Below are positions 30,211 to 41,200 of a stretch of 64,000 nt of DNA, in pieces. This DNA is from Methanotrichaceae archaeon. GTDB lineage: Archaea; Halobacteriota; Methanosarcinia; Methanotrichales; Methanotrichaceae. The notes below the pieces were generated by a model that ran no database searches, had not been told where the DNA came from, and was given only the letters and a program-made list of their open reading frames with translations. Positions within the stretch are counted from its first letter, which is position 1. Each line of letters opens with the position of its first letter. The position numbers were made by a program, and so were the translations under genes. Location: assembly GCA_963813075.1 (NCBI GenBank), contig CAWEXU010000016.1, forward strand, positions 33,610 to 97,609. Reading direction: 5' to 3'.

Positions 30211-31310
30211 GGTTTGCATGTTGCACAGAGGAGATTGAGATATCGGGAATCAGAAAATGCTTCGAAGCGGCTAAGCCTGGTTCGGTCAACCTGGGACTGG
30301 GCCAGCCGGACTTCGACACTCCCGCTCATATAAAGAGGGCGGCGACTAAAGCAATAGAGATGGGGCAGTGCGGCTACACCCCCAACTGCGGAGTGCCGGC
30401 GCTCAGGGAGGCTCTGGCGGAGAAGTTCAAGAGAGAAAACCAGATCGATTGCACCCCCGCGGATATAATGGTCACCAGCGGTGCCAGTGAAGCCCTGTTT
30501 CTGGCCATCGCCGCCCTGGTGGACCGGGGTGAAGAGGTCCTGGTGGGCGACCCCAGCTTCCTCTCCTATGCCGAGCTTGCCCGGCTGGTGGGGGCAAGGC
30601 CCGTTTCCGTTCCGCTGGACGAGAACCTCCGCATGACCCCGGAGGCAATACAGGAGCGGATAACCGACAAGACCCGGATGATAATCATCAACTCTCCCTC
30701 CAATCCCACCGGATCGGTGCAGACAAAAGAGCAGATGAGGGCCATCGCCGAAATCGCTGATGACGAAGATGTTGCCCTTCTTTCTGACGAGGTCTACGAG
30801 CACTTCATCTACCGGGGGGAGCATGTCAGCCCGGCCAGGTTCTCAGATAATGTGATCACCGTCAATGCCGTCTCCAAGACCTATGCCATGACCGGCTGGC
30901 GGCTGGGGTATCTCGCCGCCCCTTGCGGAGCGATAGAGCAACTGCTCAAGATCCACCAGTATGTCCAGGCCTGCGCCAGCTCCATCTCCCAGGCCGCGGC
31001 CCTGGAGGCGGTCAGTGGCCCCCAGGATTGCGTCCGTCAGATGAGAGATGAGTTTATGAGCCGCAGAGATCTCCTGGTAGCCGGCTTCCGGGATATGGGA
31101 GTGGACCTGGCAGAGCCTGATGGCGCTTTCTATCTCTTTCCCCGGGTGGGAGACGGAGACCTGGTCTCGACCAAACTGGCCCAGGGAGGGGTCATCACCG
31201 TTCCAGGCTCTGCTTTTGGAGAGGGAGGAAGGGAGCACATACGGATATCTTATGCCGCCAGCCGGGCAAGTCTCGAGGAAGCGTTGCGGCGGATGAAAGA
31301 TATCCTTTAA
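30207..31310 (+). CDS. Class I/II PLP aminotransferase (aspartate aminotransferase-like)
   Basis: 'GQPDFDTP', 'NSPSNPTG', 'SDEVY', 'SKTYAMTGWRLG'. Confidence 0.92.
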   Translation: MRFACCTEEIEISGIRKCFEAAKPGSVNLGLGQPDFDTPAHIKRAATKAIEMGQCGYTPNCGVPALREALAEKFKRENQIDCTPADIMVTSGASEALFLAIAALVDRGEEVLVGDPSFLSYAELARLVGARPVSVPLDENLRMTPEAIQERITDKTRMIIINSPSNPTGSVQTKEQMRAIAEIADDEDVALLSDEVYEHFIYRGEHVSPARFSDNVITVNAVSKTYAMTGWRLGYLAAPCGAIEQLLKIHQYVQACASSISQAAALEAVSGPQDCVRQMRDEFMSRRDLLVAGFRDMGVDLAEPDGAFYLFPRVGDGDLVSTKLAQGGVITVPGSAFGEGGREHIRISYAASRASLEEALRRMKDIL

Positions 31311-31345
31311 ATAGGTGAGTCGCATTCGCCCTCAGGAGTGATGAA

Positions 31346-31729
31346 ATGAAGGAGCAGGTTGAGGTCAGAGAGCTGAAAGAAGGAAGATACGTAATCATCG
31401 ACGAAGAGCCATGTATAATCAAGAGCATATCCCATTCCAAGCCCGGCAAGCACGGTTCGGCCAAGGCGAGGGTGGATGCCATCGGCATCTTCGACAACCA
31501 GAAGAAGTCCATCGTCCAGCCGGTCACCACCAAGATCTATGTGCCAACAGTCGAGCGCAAGACCGGCCAGGTTCTGTCCATCGGCGAGACATCGGTGCAG
31601 CTGATGGACCTGGGCAGCTATGCCACTGTCGATGTGCCAGTAACCGAGGACCAGAAATCCAAGATCGAGGAAGGAAAAGAGGTAGCCTATTTATCGGTGA
31701 TGGGCAGGACAAAGCTGGACATCCGCTAG
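31346..31729 (+). CDS. eif5a: Translation factor aIF5A
   Basis: Hypusine motif 'SKPGKHGSAK'. Confidence 0.96.
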   Translation: MKEQVEVRELKEGRYVIIDEEPCIIKSISHSKPGKHGSAKARVDAIGIFDNQKKSIVQPVTTKIYVPTVERKTGQVLSIGETSVQLMDLGSYATVDVPVTEDQKSKIEEGKEVAYLSVMGRTKLDIR

Positions 31730-31827
31730 AGATATCGAGATCGGCTTCCTGATCCCAGGGAGCGGGTTTAATTATCTTTTACCGGCCTGCTCTTGATTCC
31801 AACTTTTTTTTCTTTTGAGGTCAAAAG

Positions 31828-32613
31828 TTGTCATCCTATTGTGCCTTTAAGGGTGCGGGCTTGGGTCAGCTGGATCCCTTCGATGCCAGCGACAGCAATC
31901 TATGGCGCAAGGCTGAGTACCTGGGCCGATACCTTTTCGCCGCCGATTTTCTCCGGAAAAGCAGTCCTGAGCTTACAGCTGATATCTCCTGCGGCCTGGG
32001 ATATGGATCCCGAGAGCTGGCATCCATTGCAGAAAAGGTCATCGGAATAGACTCCAGCCGGGAGATGATCGATCAGGCCTCCAGGAGATGCGCCATGCCT
32101 GGCGTCAGCTTTCTCTGCCTGGACCTGGAGAAGGAGGAACTGGTAGGGCATATCGCCGAAGGCTCCTGCGGGGCAGCCGTCAGCTTTGAGACCCTGGAGC
32201 ACCTGAACGATCCGGGCCGGGCGGTGGATCAGTTCGGCAGAATCCTATCGCCGGGTGGTTTTTTCATCTGTTCGGTTCCCAATGTCATCTCCGAGTCGGG
32301 AGACGATGCCGGCCTGCCAAAGAATCGATCCCATAAGCAGTGGTTTAATTTCCCGTCGCTCTGCCGGATGGTGGAGCGATGCGGCATGCAGGTGATATAC
32401 CGGCTGGGCCAGTCCCGCTCCAGAATGCTCTTCCGAAGAGAGCAGCAACTCTTAAATGCCAAAAGGATCGGTCGGAGGCTGAGCGACGAGAGGGTGATGC
32501 ACTCAGAGGAGATGATCCGCTGGCTGTCTTATGTTGCCGCTTATCCCTCGGTCGAGGATGTCGATGGGTCCTACTCCATCATCATCGTGGCGCAAAAGCA
32601 GGGCTCAGAATAG
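31828..32613 (+). CDS. Class I SAM-dependent methyltransferase
   Basis: 'GRYLFA', 'DISCGLGYG', 'SFETLEHL', 'ILSPGG..ICSVPN'. Confidence 0.82.
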   Translation: MSSYCAFKGAGLGQLDPFDASDSNLWRKAEYLGRYLFAADFLRKSSPELTADISCGLGYGSRELASIAEKVIGIDSSREMIDQASRRCAMPGVSFLCLDLEKEELVGHIAEGSCGAAVSFETLEHLNDPGRAVDQFGRILSPGGFFICSVPNVISESGDDAGLPKNRSHKQWFNFPSLCRMVERCGMQVIYRLGQSRSRMLFRREQQLLNAKRIGRRLSDERVMHSEEMIRWLSYVAAYPSVEDVDGSYSIIIVAQKQGSE

Positions 32614-32663
32614 AAATTTGACCGTTAAAGTCGATTAATTCAGATTGAAGGTTATTGTTCAAA

Positions 32664-33332
32664 TCAGATTGATCCGATCCATTCGACTGTTATCTGGTCG
32701 TCCAGATTGATCACAGCTCCATAGCCCCGGCGCAGCTCCCCCACATTCACCACCAGTGTGGAGCCGATCCGGCACTCACCCCGGTCCTCATGGATGTGGC
32801 CGCATAAGACGAGGTCTGGCTGGCGGTCCTCTATGAACCGGCGCAATTCGGAGGAGCCGGATCTCTCGCCATTGTAAAGGAGATCCCGAGCCCCGCGAGG
32901 CGGCTGATGAACGATGACGATCTTAGTTCGGGCATCCAAAACCTCCAGATAGGCTTTCTCCAGAATCGAATAGACCTGCTCATCGCGATGGTAGTATCTA
33001 TTGGGGTCCCCCAATCTCCGGGGATCTTTAGCGATCATTCCCCCCAGGCCGAGAAAGCCGTACTCCTTAAAGCGAAAAGAGGATTGGTGAAGCAGGATAA
33101 AGCCCGCCTCTCTCCACAGCTGGGGCACGACATCTCGGTGGTCCATATTGCCGGGAACGATCAGCACTGGCAATCCGAGGCGGGCGAGGGAATTGGCAGC
33201 AGGCCTCGCCATCTCCCTTGAGCTGCCGTTATGAAGGTCGCCGCAAAAGGCGATCAGGTCGCACTTGAGGCCCAACAGATCCTCCAGCCTCTCTGCGCAG
33301 TCATGAAGGTCCGCCAGACCCAGAATCCTCAG
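32664..33332 (-). CDS. Metallophosphoesterase (calcineurin-like); probable CTG start
   Basis: In-frame extension LRILGLADLHD supplies motif I; then 'CGDLH', 'PGNMD', 'HQPP', 'CGHIHE'. Confidence 0.85.
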   Translation of the reverse strand: MRILGLADLHDCAERLEDLLGLKCDLIAFCGDLHNGSSREMARPAANSLARLGLPVLIVPGNMDHRDVVPQLWREAGFILLHQSSFRFKEYGFLGLGGMIAKDPRRLGDPNRYYHRDEQVYSILEKAYLEVLDARTKIVIVHQPPRGARDLLYNGERSGSSELRRFIEDRQPDLVLCGHIHEDRGECRIGSTLVVNVGELRRGYGAVINLDDQITVEWIGSI

Positions 33333-33340
33333 AGCCTCAC

Positions 33341-33376
33341 TCCTGGATCATCTCCTGGATCATCTCCTGGATCATC
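33341..33376. repeat. Intergenic tandem repeat (tcctggatcatc) x3
   Basis: Read directly from the sequence. Confidence 0.85.
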
Positions 33377-33414
33377 TTCCTGAGTATGTTATGGACCTGC
33401 AGATATTTTGATCT

Positions 33415-34140
33415 TTATGATACTGTATGGTCAGGCTTGGATGATGCCGCTTCTGCCTGCGGCGGGAATACGTCCACTATGACCACGTCGCTGGGCTGGT
33501 TGTTGATCACGAAGTAGAGCATGTGCCTTCCTGCCTGATCGGCATCAAAGCTCATGGTGCTGTAACCGGGATTCAACTGATAGGTGCCGTAATCGTGGAA
33601 GATGCTGGTGGTCTGAATGCTCTGATAGAAGCCCGCATTTCCTCCCTGGGGGGCATAGGCTACCAGCTCCAGACTGCTTCCCAACGGTACGGCTGCATAC
33701 TGAGACCAGTTCGCCGTCCCCTTTATCCATAGATCGCTTCTGGTGGCCATGGCAGATGCATACTGGGAGTATGTCAATCCCTGGCCGTCGCCGTAGTAGA
33801 CTGCCATAGGCTCGTTCCCGGATATGTCAAGCGGTGCAGGGTTGCCGATCACTCCTCCCTCGGCAGCCTTTGTGGCCGCTTTATAATACTCGTTATAGGG
33901 GATAAATGCGCTCTCTGTCGCACCGGTGGAGTAGAGGGACGCATCTGAGGTGTTCAGGGGATAGCTGGCGCTGGGCACGGGCTGGTCCAGCCAGTCGAGC
34001 ATTCCTGCCAGGCCCTCGTCCAGTGTTCCCCGGCCATAAGACTGGCCGAGGTTGGGGTTGATATAGCCAGCATCAACGGCAATAGCCGATAAAGGAAGGC
34101 TGACTGCCATTATGCATATCAAGAATATGACGTATTTCAT
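33415..34140 (-). CDS. Secreted hypothetical protein, paralog of 54985..55779
   Basis: Signal peptide; shared 'LWIKGTANWSQYAAVPLGS..L', 'FDADQAGRHML.FV.....S.VVIVDV'. Confidence 0.7.
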   Translation of the reverse strand: MKYVIFLICIMAVSLPLSAIAVDAGYINPNLGQSYGRGTLDEGLAGMLDWLDQPVPSASYPLNTSDASLYSTGATESAFIPYNEYYKAATKAAEGGVIGNPAPLDISGNEPMAVYYGDGQGLTYSQYASAMATRSDLWIKGTANWSQYAAVPLGSSLELVAYAPQGGNAGFYQSIQTTSIFHDYGTYQLNPGYSTMSFDADQAGRHMLYFVINNQPSDVVIVDVFPPQAEAASSKPDHTVS

Positions 34141-34203
34141 CTCATTTCACCAGCGATTAGATTTCGACACATCCTAATTAAGCTTGCGTCAGAAGTTCGA
34201 CAA

Positions 34204-34822
34204 TCAATGAAAGCTCAGGGCATCCTTCGGGCAGGCCTGGATGCAGCGGCCGCACTTTATGCAGTCCGGCAAATCCTGGATCTCATTAACCGGAAGCTGC
34301 ATGGGGCAGGCCTTCTGGCACCTCTTGCAGTCGATGCATCAATCCCGGTCCAGGTGAGCAGATACTTGCCCCACCCAATGTCCTTTGCAGTGTGCCCATA
34401 GGGCAGAATGTGCACCAGGTCCGGGGAGCGAGTAATACGCCGAAGAGGATGGCGATGGAGGTGGTGATAATGCAGAGGGTGACAAAGACCATTCCAATCC
34501 TGTCCACCATCCCCTGGGTTCCTAATAGCCGGTAGATCATAAAGCCCATCAGGGCGATGAATATGGGGACTCTGATCCACATGCTGCGCAGGAAGGGGGG
34601 GATCCTCAGCCTGCGGCTCAGCGGAGCCAGCCAGAAGTCAACGAAACTCCCTCGGGGGCAGAGGTTGCCGCAAAACCAACGACCCCGGAAGGGGGCGATG
34701 ATCAGAAGAGTGGCGAAGACCAGCAGGAGGATGTAGCCCAGCTTTGGATAGAAGATTCCGCCAATGGATACGATCAGTACTATTATGCCCAAATAAGGCG
34801 TTATCCTGCGAATTTCGGACAT
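34204..34822 (-). CDS. Membrane 4Fe-4S-binding protein (NapH/FixG-like); two or more frameshifts near 34340-34375
   Basis: TM helices, 'RWFCGNLCPRG', 'RTWCTFCPMG'; third frame gives CIDCKRCQKACP...CIKCGRCIQACP ending at 34204. Confidence 0.8.
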
Positions 34823-34845
34823 GAAATGATAGGATCCAGGTTCAT

Positions 34846-35298
34846 TTACCTGGATATATCGCCCTCAAGGATTATGTTCATGACGCTGTCGAACTTCAGA
34901 GCCTGGCACCAGCCAGCCTTCTCAAATATCGACATGAAGCAGACACCGATTAGCTTCTTGTATCTCATCCTGGCGAGAAAATCCGCCATTTCCTCCGCCT
35001 TAACGCCGATCTTGGGCATGGCCATGCCACCCAGGATAACCACAACATCGGCCTCAAAGCTGCACTTCTCCCCCAGCTCCATCCCCCATTCTGTGGAAAC
35101 CAGTTTCCTGGCTTTCCCACTATCAAGGCCGGGAATAAAGGCCAGCTCCTTTTCCCGTACCGGATAGCTCAGAAATAATGCAAAGGGGGTACAAAAACCG
35201 GGAGACCCAACGAAGACTATCTTTTGGTCATCCTTGACCAGATCCCTAAAGCCGTTCAGCATTCCGCCCAGGCCCTTGACCTCTTGAATCTTCTCCAT
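34846..35298 (-). CDS. DUF2124-family archaeal protein
   Basis: 'GSPGFCTPFA.FLSY', 'LGGMAMP', 'GVCFMSIFEKAGW'. Confidence 0.75.
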   Translation of the reverse strand: MEKIQEVKGLGGMLNGFRDLVKDDQKIVFVGSPGFCTPFALFLSYPVREKELAFIPGLDSGKARKLVSTEWGMELGEKCSFEADVVVILGGMAMPKIGVKAEEMADFLARMRYKKLIGVCFMSIFEKAGWCQALKFDSVMNIILEGDISR

Positions 35299-35399
35299 AA
35301 TGATCGATTAATTAGTTCCTGCTCATGGGCAATAATGTTTTGGTGCTCAGGGCAGCATTTACTACTATTATCCTCGAATCGTCTCAGGTCAATTTCCAG

Positions 35400-36575
35400 T
35401 TATCTTCCGATCATCTTTTGCATCAATGACATGATCCCTGGCCCGTTGCTTTTTCCGCTTCCCGGTCCCATCGCCTCCAGCCCCAGGCCCATGGAGCCCA
35501 TCATCTCTTTATTGAAGCGATCGGAGACTTCATCGAATATCCTCTTATAAGCAATGCAGTGGGGATCGACTCCCATAATCGCTCCATCTGTTGGTGCCAT
35601 GGCGTTATAGGGGCAGCCTCCCCGGCAGTAGCGCAGGTGTTTGCAGCCCTTGCAGTTCACGTCCACATACTCCTTGAACTGACGCATGCGCACTCCGGCA
35701 GGGGAGGCGGCCAGATCTGCCTGGCTGGGGCGGTCGCGGACGTTTCCCATGACGAATTCGGGCATTCCCACAAAGCGGTAACACGGATAGATGCTCCCAT
35801 CGGGGCCCACAGCAAAGGTATTCTCCATACAGTCGACGAAAGTGCAGACGGTACCCCTTCCGGTGAATACGCACCTCGCGTAATCGTTTATGTTCCGCAC
35901 CTCTATTCTGTCCATGTTCTCCAGATATTTGTCCAGGAGATAGACCAATAGCTCGCCGTACTCCTCTGGCGGCAGAGCCCACCGGTCCGGCTGGTCGCTC
36001 CTCAGCGAGGGCAGAGCGGGGTGGAGCTTGAGGGTAAGGTCGTTTTCCATAAAATGGTTGAATATCTCCTCTTTGAACTGCACGGAATAAGAGGTGAACG
36101 TGCAGATGAACTGCACCTGCAGGCCGTGTTTTTTGGCCAGCTCATACCCGGCCATGGTCTTCTCATAGTATCCCTCGGACCTTTGCAGGTCATTGAGCTC
36201 CTGGGGGCCGTCAAGGCTTGAGCCTATGGGAATTTCATGCTCTGCCAGGACCTCCGCCAGCTCTGGGGTCAGGAGCCAGAGGTTCGTCTGCAGGGCGAAG
36301 TTGGGGCTCAGGTGCTCAAGCTCCTTTTTGAGCAGGGGAAGAGCAGCTCTGTAGTAATCCGCACCGGCAAGCAGCGGCTCTCCACCGTGAAACGTGAACG
36401 TAACCGGATCGTCCCTAAAATCGCGCAGCCATTCGACTATCTCCCCTACGGTCTCAATGGCCATTCTCGGTGATCCGACCTCAGAGCTCCAGCAGTAGCT
36501 GCATTTGGAGGGACAGCCGAGGGTGGGGATGATCATGACGTGAAAAGGCCTCTTTTGTCTTCTCATATTTTTCAT
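35400..36575 (-). CDS. Radical SAM/SPASM enzyme, putative peptide/protein-modifying (TIGR04083-like)
   Basis: 'IPTLGCPSKCSYCW', 'FTFHGGEPLLAG', 'QTNLW', SPASM 'CTFVDC..GSIYPC...CKGC..LRYCRGGC...C'. Confidence 0.85.
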   Translation of the reverse strand: MKNMRRQKRPFHVMIIPTLGCPSKCSYCWSSEVGSPRMAIETVGEIVEWLRDFRDDPVTFTFHGGEPLLAGADYYRAALPLLKKELEHLSPNFALQTNLWLLTPELAEVLAEHEIPIGSSLDGPQELNDLQRSEGYYEKTMAGYELAKKHGLQVQFICTFTSYSVQFKEEIFNHFMENDLTLKLHPALPSLRSDQPDRWALPPEEYGELLVYLLDKYLENMDRIEVRNINDYARCVFTGRGTVCTFVDCMENTFAVGPDGSIYPCYRFVGMPEFVMGNVRDRPSQADLAASPAGVRMRQFKEYVDVNCKGCKHLRYCRGGCPYNAMAPTDGAIMGVDPHCIAYKRIFDEVSDRFNKEMMGSMGLGLEAMGPGSGKSNGPGIMSLMQKMIGR

Positions 36576-36599
36576 CTATTTTTGCCCCCTCGCTTTATT

Positions 36600-36657
36600 C
36601 CTGTGCCGATATTCCTTTGCAGATATTCCTTTGTCGATATTACTATGTCAGAATATT
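36600..36657. repeat. Degenerate ~14-bp tandem repeat (gatattcctttg core) between mmp10 and the radical SAM gene
   Basis: ccgatattcctttgc agatattcctttgt cgatattactatgt. Confidence 0.6.
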
Positions 36658-37881
36658 CATATGCCAATGGCATTGATGGCCTCGATCAGCTCTCCGAAAG
36701 CCTCAATCTCCAGGTCTAAGACTTCCTCTTTATTCATGGAGATGCTCATCTCGCCGTCCACAGTGAGCGTATCCGGGCCCCGAATTATCATCCTCTCCCG
36801 GCCATCCTTTGATAGAATGCTCTTGATTTCTTTCTCATGGGCCATGGTCCGACCGGGAATGATGACCGTATCCATGACCCGGTCGAGGTCCAGGTCCGAG
36901 AAATCCTCGATAGTGATCAGGCAGCCGATATCCTTTCCCACCGGCAGGACGCTTACCTTCTCTCCCCCCACCATCTGGCTGAAAATGCTCCTGAGCAATG
37001 GAGCTGCCACCCGGCTGGTGATGATGCTCGCCCCTCTCCTCAGCGGGGGCAGGCGGGAGATGACATCCGGATGCCTGGACAGAGCGAAGGGCGCGCCGGT
37101 GACCGGGTCCCAAAGAGGCGTTCCCGTTACCCGGAAGCTGTGCTGCTCTGCAGTATGGGTGACCAGGTCTCTGAACTCCTCGATGGTATGAGGAGTGATG
37201 CCCGGCATGACGGGGTCATTTCTCAGGATCAGGCCTTGATCCCGGTAATTGGCAAACCTCATCAGGATCAGGCCCCGTGCTCCCATCTCCTCCAGGTCGT
37301 TGCAGGTTTTCTCCAATTCCAATTCGTCGTTCACTCCCGGGATGATCACTGCGGCGCAGTAGACCTCGCAGCTTTTGCAGAATGTCTTCAGGTTCTCCAG
37401 GGCGACCTCGGGATGCTTGTCTCCCATATATTTGCGGCGAAGCTCGGGGTTGGTGGAGAAGACAGTGAAAGAGACCTCAGTACACTCCGGCATCGATAAG
37501 CTTTGCCGCATCGTCCTTATCCTGGAATCCCTTTCCGCTGGTGTAACCAAGGCTGATGGGCACCATTCCCTGGCCCACCATCTTCGCCAGGGGTATGAGG
37601 TCAGGGTAGCAGCTCAGGTCGCCGCCCCCGCTGATGGTGACCCTGTCCGGTATGCTGCCCATGCACCTCTGGGCCACCTCAAACAGGACGTCATTCATGG
37701 GCTTGAAGCCCGGATAGCCCTCCATGATGGCGCGGGAGCAGTAGTCACAGCCCTTCTTGAAGGGCATGCAGTTCTTGCAGCCGAATGGCGGCACCTTCTT
37801 CGCCCCTTTGAAGTAGCAGTAGCTGCAAAATCCCCTGCAGTCCAGCCCCGGCCTTCCTCCCACATCTGCGAGTACATCCAT
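36657..37881 (-). CDS. mmp10: Mmp10, MCR arginine C-methyltransferase (radical SAM, methanogenesis marker 10); frameshift near 37482
   Basis: 'DVGGRPGLDCRGFCSYCYFK', 'PFGCKNC....GCDYC', 'SGGGDLSCYP', 'LGYTSGKG', 'LMRFAN', 'RGPDTLTVDGE'. Confidence 0.9.
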
Positions 37882-38257
37882 TCCTCTTTCGCTCTTGCCA
37901 GATGGTAAATAAGCCTTGGGGTAGCTCTGAAAACAGGTATTAGAGGAATGGGAGACGGGAATGGAGATGGTAATGGGAGACGGGATGAAAGCGAGGGGGA
38001 TGGATAGATGTGAATTACCGAAGCTTTACTAAATATATTGATTTTGGTAATTTAATTATCGTACTGGAGGAAAGGTTTACATATAGGAAAGCGATATATA
38101 CATCCTCGAATACATAATTAAGTTGCAGCAGCGATCTTAAGCGAAAGACTCAATTGCTTTAAGAAAAAAGAGCGAGACTCGAGCCAGATGGACAGGATTC
38201 TGATGTTGAGGGGGAATCGTTAGGGCCAGCATTGCAGGATTTGGGCGGAGGTAGCCT

Positions 38258-41200
38258 TTGTACATCAAAGAGGTTGAGCTCAAGAACTTCAAGTCCTTCG
38301 GCAAGAGCATCAGAGTCCCTCTGAAGAACGATTTTGTCACTGTGACGGGGCCGAACGGAAGCGGCAAATCCAATATAGTCGATGCATTGCTCTTTGCCCT
38401 CTGCCTTTCCAGCTCGCGGGCTATGAGGGCGGAAAGGCTCCCCGATCTGATCTATCGGGGGGATAACGGAAAGAATCCGGATTTTGCTCAGGTAACCGTC
38501 CGGCTGGACAACACCAACCGCTTCTTTCCCCTGGACCAGGATACGATCGAGGTCTCAAGAAAGATCAAGATGAAAGGGGAAAAATATGCTTCTTCATACT
38601 CATTTAATGGCAAGTCCTGTGGCCAGGCGGAGCTTTTGGACCTGCTGGCCAAGGCGGGCATAACTCCGGAAAGCTACAATATCGTCATGCAGGGCGATGT
38701 TACCCGCATCATTGAGATGAGCCCGGTGGAGCGGCGCAAGATCATAGACGAGATCGCTGGCGTCGCAGAGTTCGATGAGAAGAAGAAGAGGGCGATGGAA
38801 GAGCTGGACGTGGTGCGGGAGCGCATCGAACGGGTCGATGTCATCCTGGAGGAGGTAGGGGGCCAGCTGGACCGATTGCGTTCGGAGAGGGACAAAGCCC
38901 ATTCCTATCAGGCCCACAAGGACGAGCTGAAAAGGCAGGAGGCATTCCTCCTCCTGGCCAGACTCAAAGAGGCATCTAGAGAGCTGGCGAGCCTGAACGA
39001 GGAGATCGCAGGCCTTGAGGCCAAAAATGTTGAGATAAAGCTGCGGGCAGATAGTGAACGCAGCGAGCTTGCCGTTCAGGAGGAGAAGCTGCAGAACCTC
39101 GGCCAGGAGATCACCCATAAGGGAGAGGACGAGCAGATCGAGGTCAAGCGGAGGATAGAGGAGCTGAAAGGGGAGATCGCCCGCGAGACCGACAAGATCC
39201 GGGTGGCGGAGAAGTCGCTCAATGACCTGGATCGCCAGCAGAAGGCGAGCTTCATCCAGCTGGGAAACCTCTCTGGGGAGCAGGAGGGCCTGGCAGAAAA
39301 GATAGAAGACTCAAGCATTCGCAAGGCCAGCTTAAAGGGCGAGCTTGACGACCAGAATTCCCTCCTTTCAGCCTCTATGGATAGCCTGGCGCGGGAGGAC
39401 GCCCAGTTCACCGCCCTCAGAGAGGAGCTGGAGAGGGCAAGGGTAACCCGGGAGGAGGCCAAAGCAAGGCTTGCAGATCTCCTGCGGGAGCGCGACCGCC
39501 TGCTGGATGCCAGCAGAAGAGGGGGCCTGGAGAGAGAAGAGCTTTCCCGTGCCATCAAGGAGGCCTTGGATGCTCTGGCCAGCAGCGACCATGAGGCTGA
39601 GAGGCTGAAAGAAGAGCTGGCCGGGCTGAACGGCAGGGCGATGGAACTGGAGAGGGATCGGGATGACCTGGAGAAGGGGAGGCTCAGGCTGCGCCGGGAG
39701 ATCTCTGAAGCAGAAAGAGAGATGCAAAAATTGCAGAGCGAGTTCGCCCGTACCGACGGCCGGATCAAGGCGGCCGAGGACAAGGGTGGGTTTTCCCGGG
39801 CGGTGGATGCCATCCGCTCAGCCATTAAAAGAGATATGCTCCCCGGCCTTTACGGCACGGTGGCGGAGCTGGGCAATGTCCAGTCACGCTACTCTGTGGC
39901 CCTGGAGGTGGCAGCAGGAGGACGGATGCAGAGCATTGTCGCCGCTACGGACGAGGACGCCGCCCGGGCCATTGAGTATCTGAAAAGGTCCCAGATCGGC
40001 AGAGCCACATTTCTCCCCCTGAACAAGCTGGACCGGGGTAGCCCTTCAGTCAAGCCCAACTATGAGGGGATTGTTGACTATGCCTTCAACCTGATAGACT
40101 TCGATCCCAAGTTTCAGGGAGCCTTCTGGTATGTATTTCGCGATACGTTAGTGGTGGAGAACTTAAACCATGCCCGGGCTCTCATGGGCCGCTACCGGAT
40201 GGTTACCCTGGATGGGGACCTGGTGGAGAGGTCCGGAGCGATGACCGGAGGCCACTATAAGACCAGGATGAAGTTCGCAGCCGAGGAGAGCAAGAAGCTC
40301 CTGGAGCTATCGGAGAGTATTGCCAACGCTGATGCCGGGCGCGCTTCACTGATCGATAAATTGGACCGGATCGAGGAGCAGATATCCCACATAAGCCATG
40401 ATGTGGAGGAGCTGAATCGGGTCATCTCCAAGAAGACCTTCCAGGCGGATGAGATGACCGGGGCGAAGCCCAGGCTGGAGAAGACGATCTCTGAGAAGCG
40501 CGAGCGGCTCGTGCAGATGGAAAGCGAGTTTTTCAGCCACAAGGGACGGCTGGACTCTCTGGAAGGGGAGATCCGGGCATCCGAGCAGATCCTGGCCACC
40601 ATGAATGAATCGATCGGCCGGATAGAGGCTGACCTCTCGGGCTCTGCGATCCCCGAGCTGAACCGCAAAGCGGACGCGGCTAAATCGGAGATAAGGAGGC
40701 TGCAGGACCGGATAGCAGAGATAGATGCCGAGATCCTCAAGGACAGGATCCGGGAGGAGGGCATCCTGGAAAAGCAAAAGGAGATCACCGCCAGAAGGGA
40801 GCTATTAGGGTCGGAAAAGGAAGAAGCAGCTGGGCAAAAGGAGGCTGCTTCAATTCGGATCCAGAGCCTGAATCAGGAACTGGAGGCGATGAAGTCCAGG
40901 GAGGCGGAGATCGAAGTGGAGCTGCACGGCCTCAAAGGAGTGCGGGTAGAGCTTTTGGAAAGGACCATCACCATGCAGCGAGCGGTCGATAGGATGGAAC
41001 GGGAGATGGACCGGATTCAAGCTCGCCTGGACGCCAGCATTTCCGCCAGAGATGTCATCCAGATCAGAGTGGACGGCCTGCGTAGAGAGATCGAAGAGAG
41101 CGGAGTCGACTCGGACCAGGAGCCGCCGGACAGTAATACCGTCGCCGAGAAGATCAGGGCTCTGACTCAATTCATGAGAGATCTGGAGCCGGTGAACATG

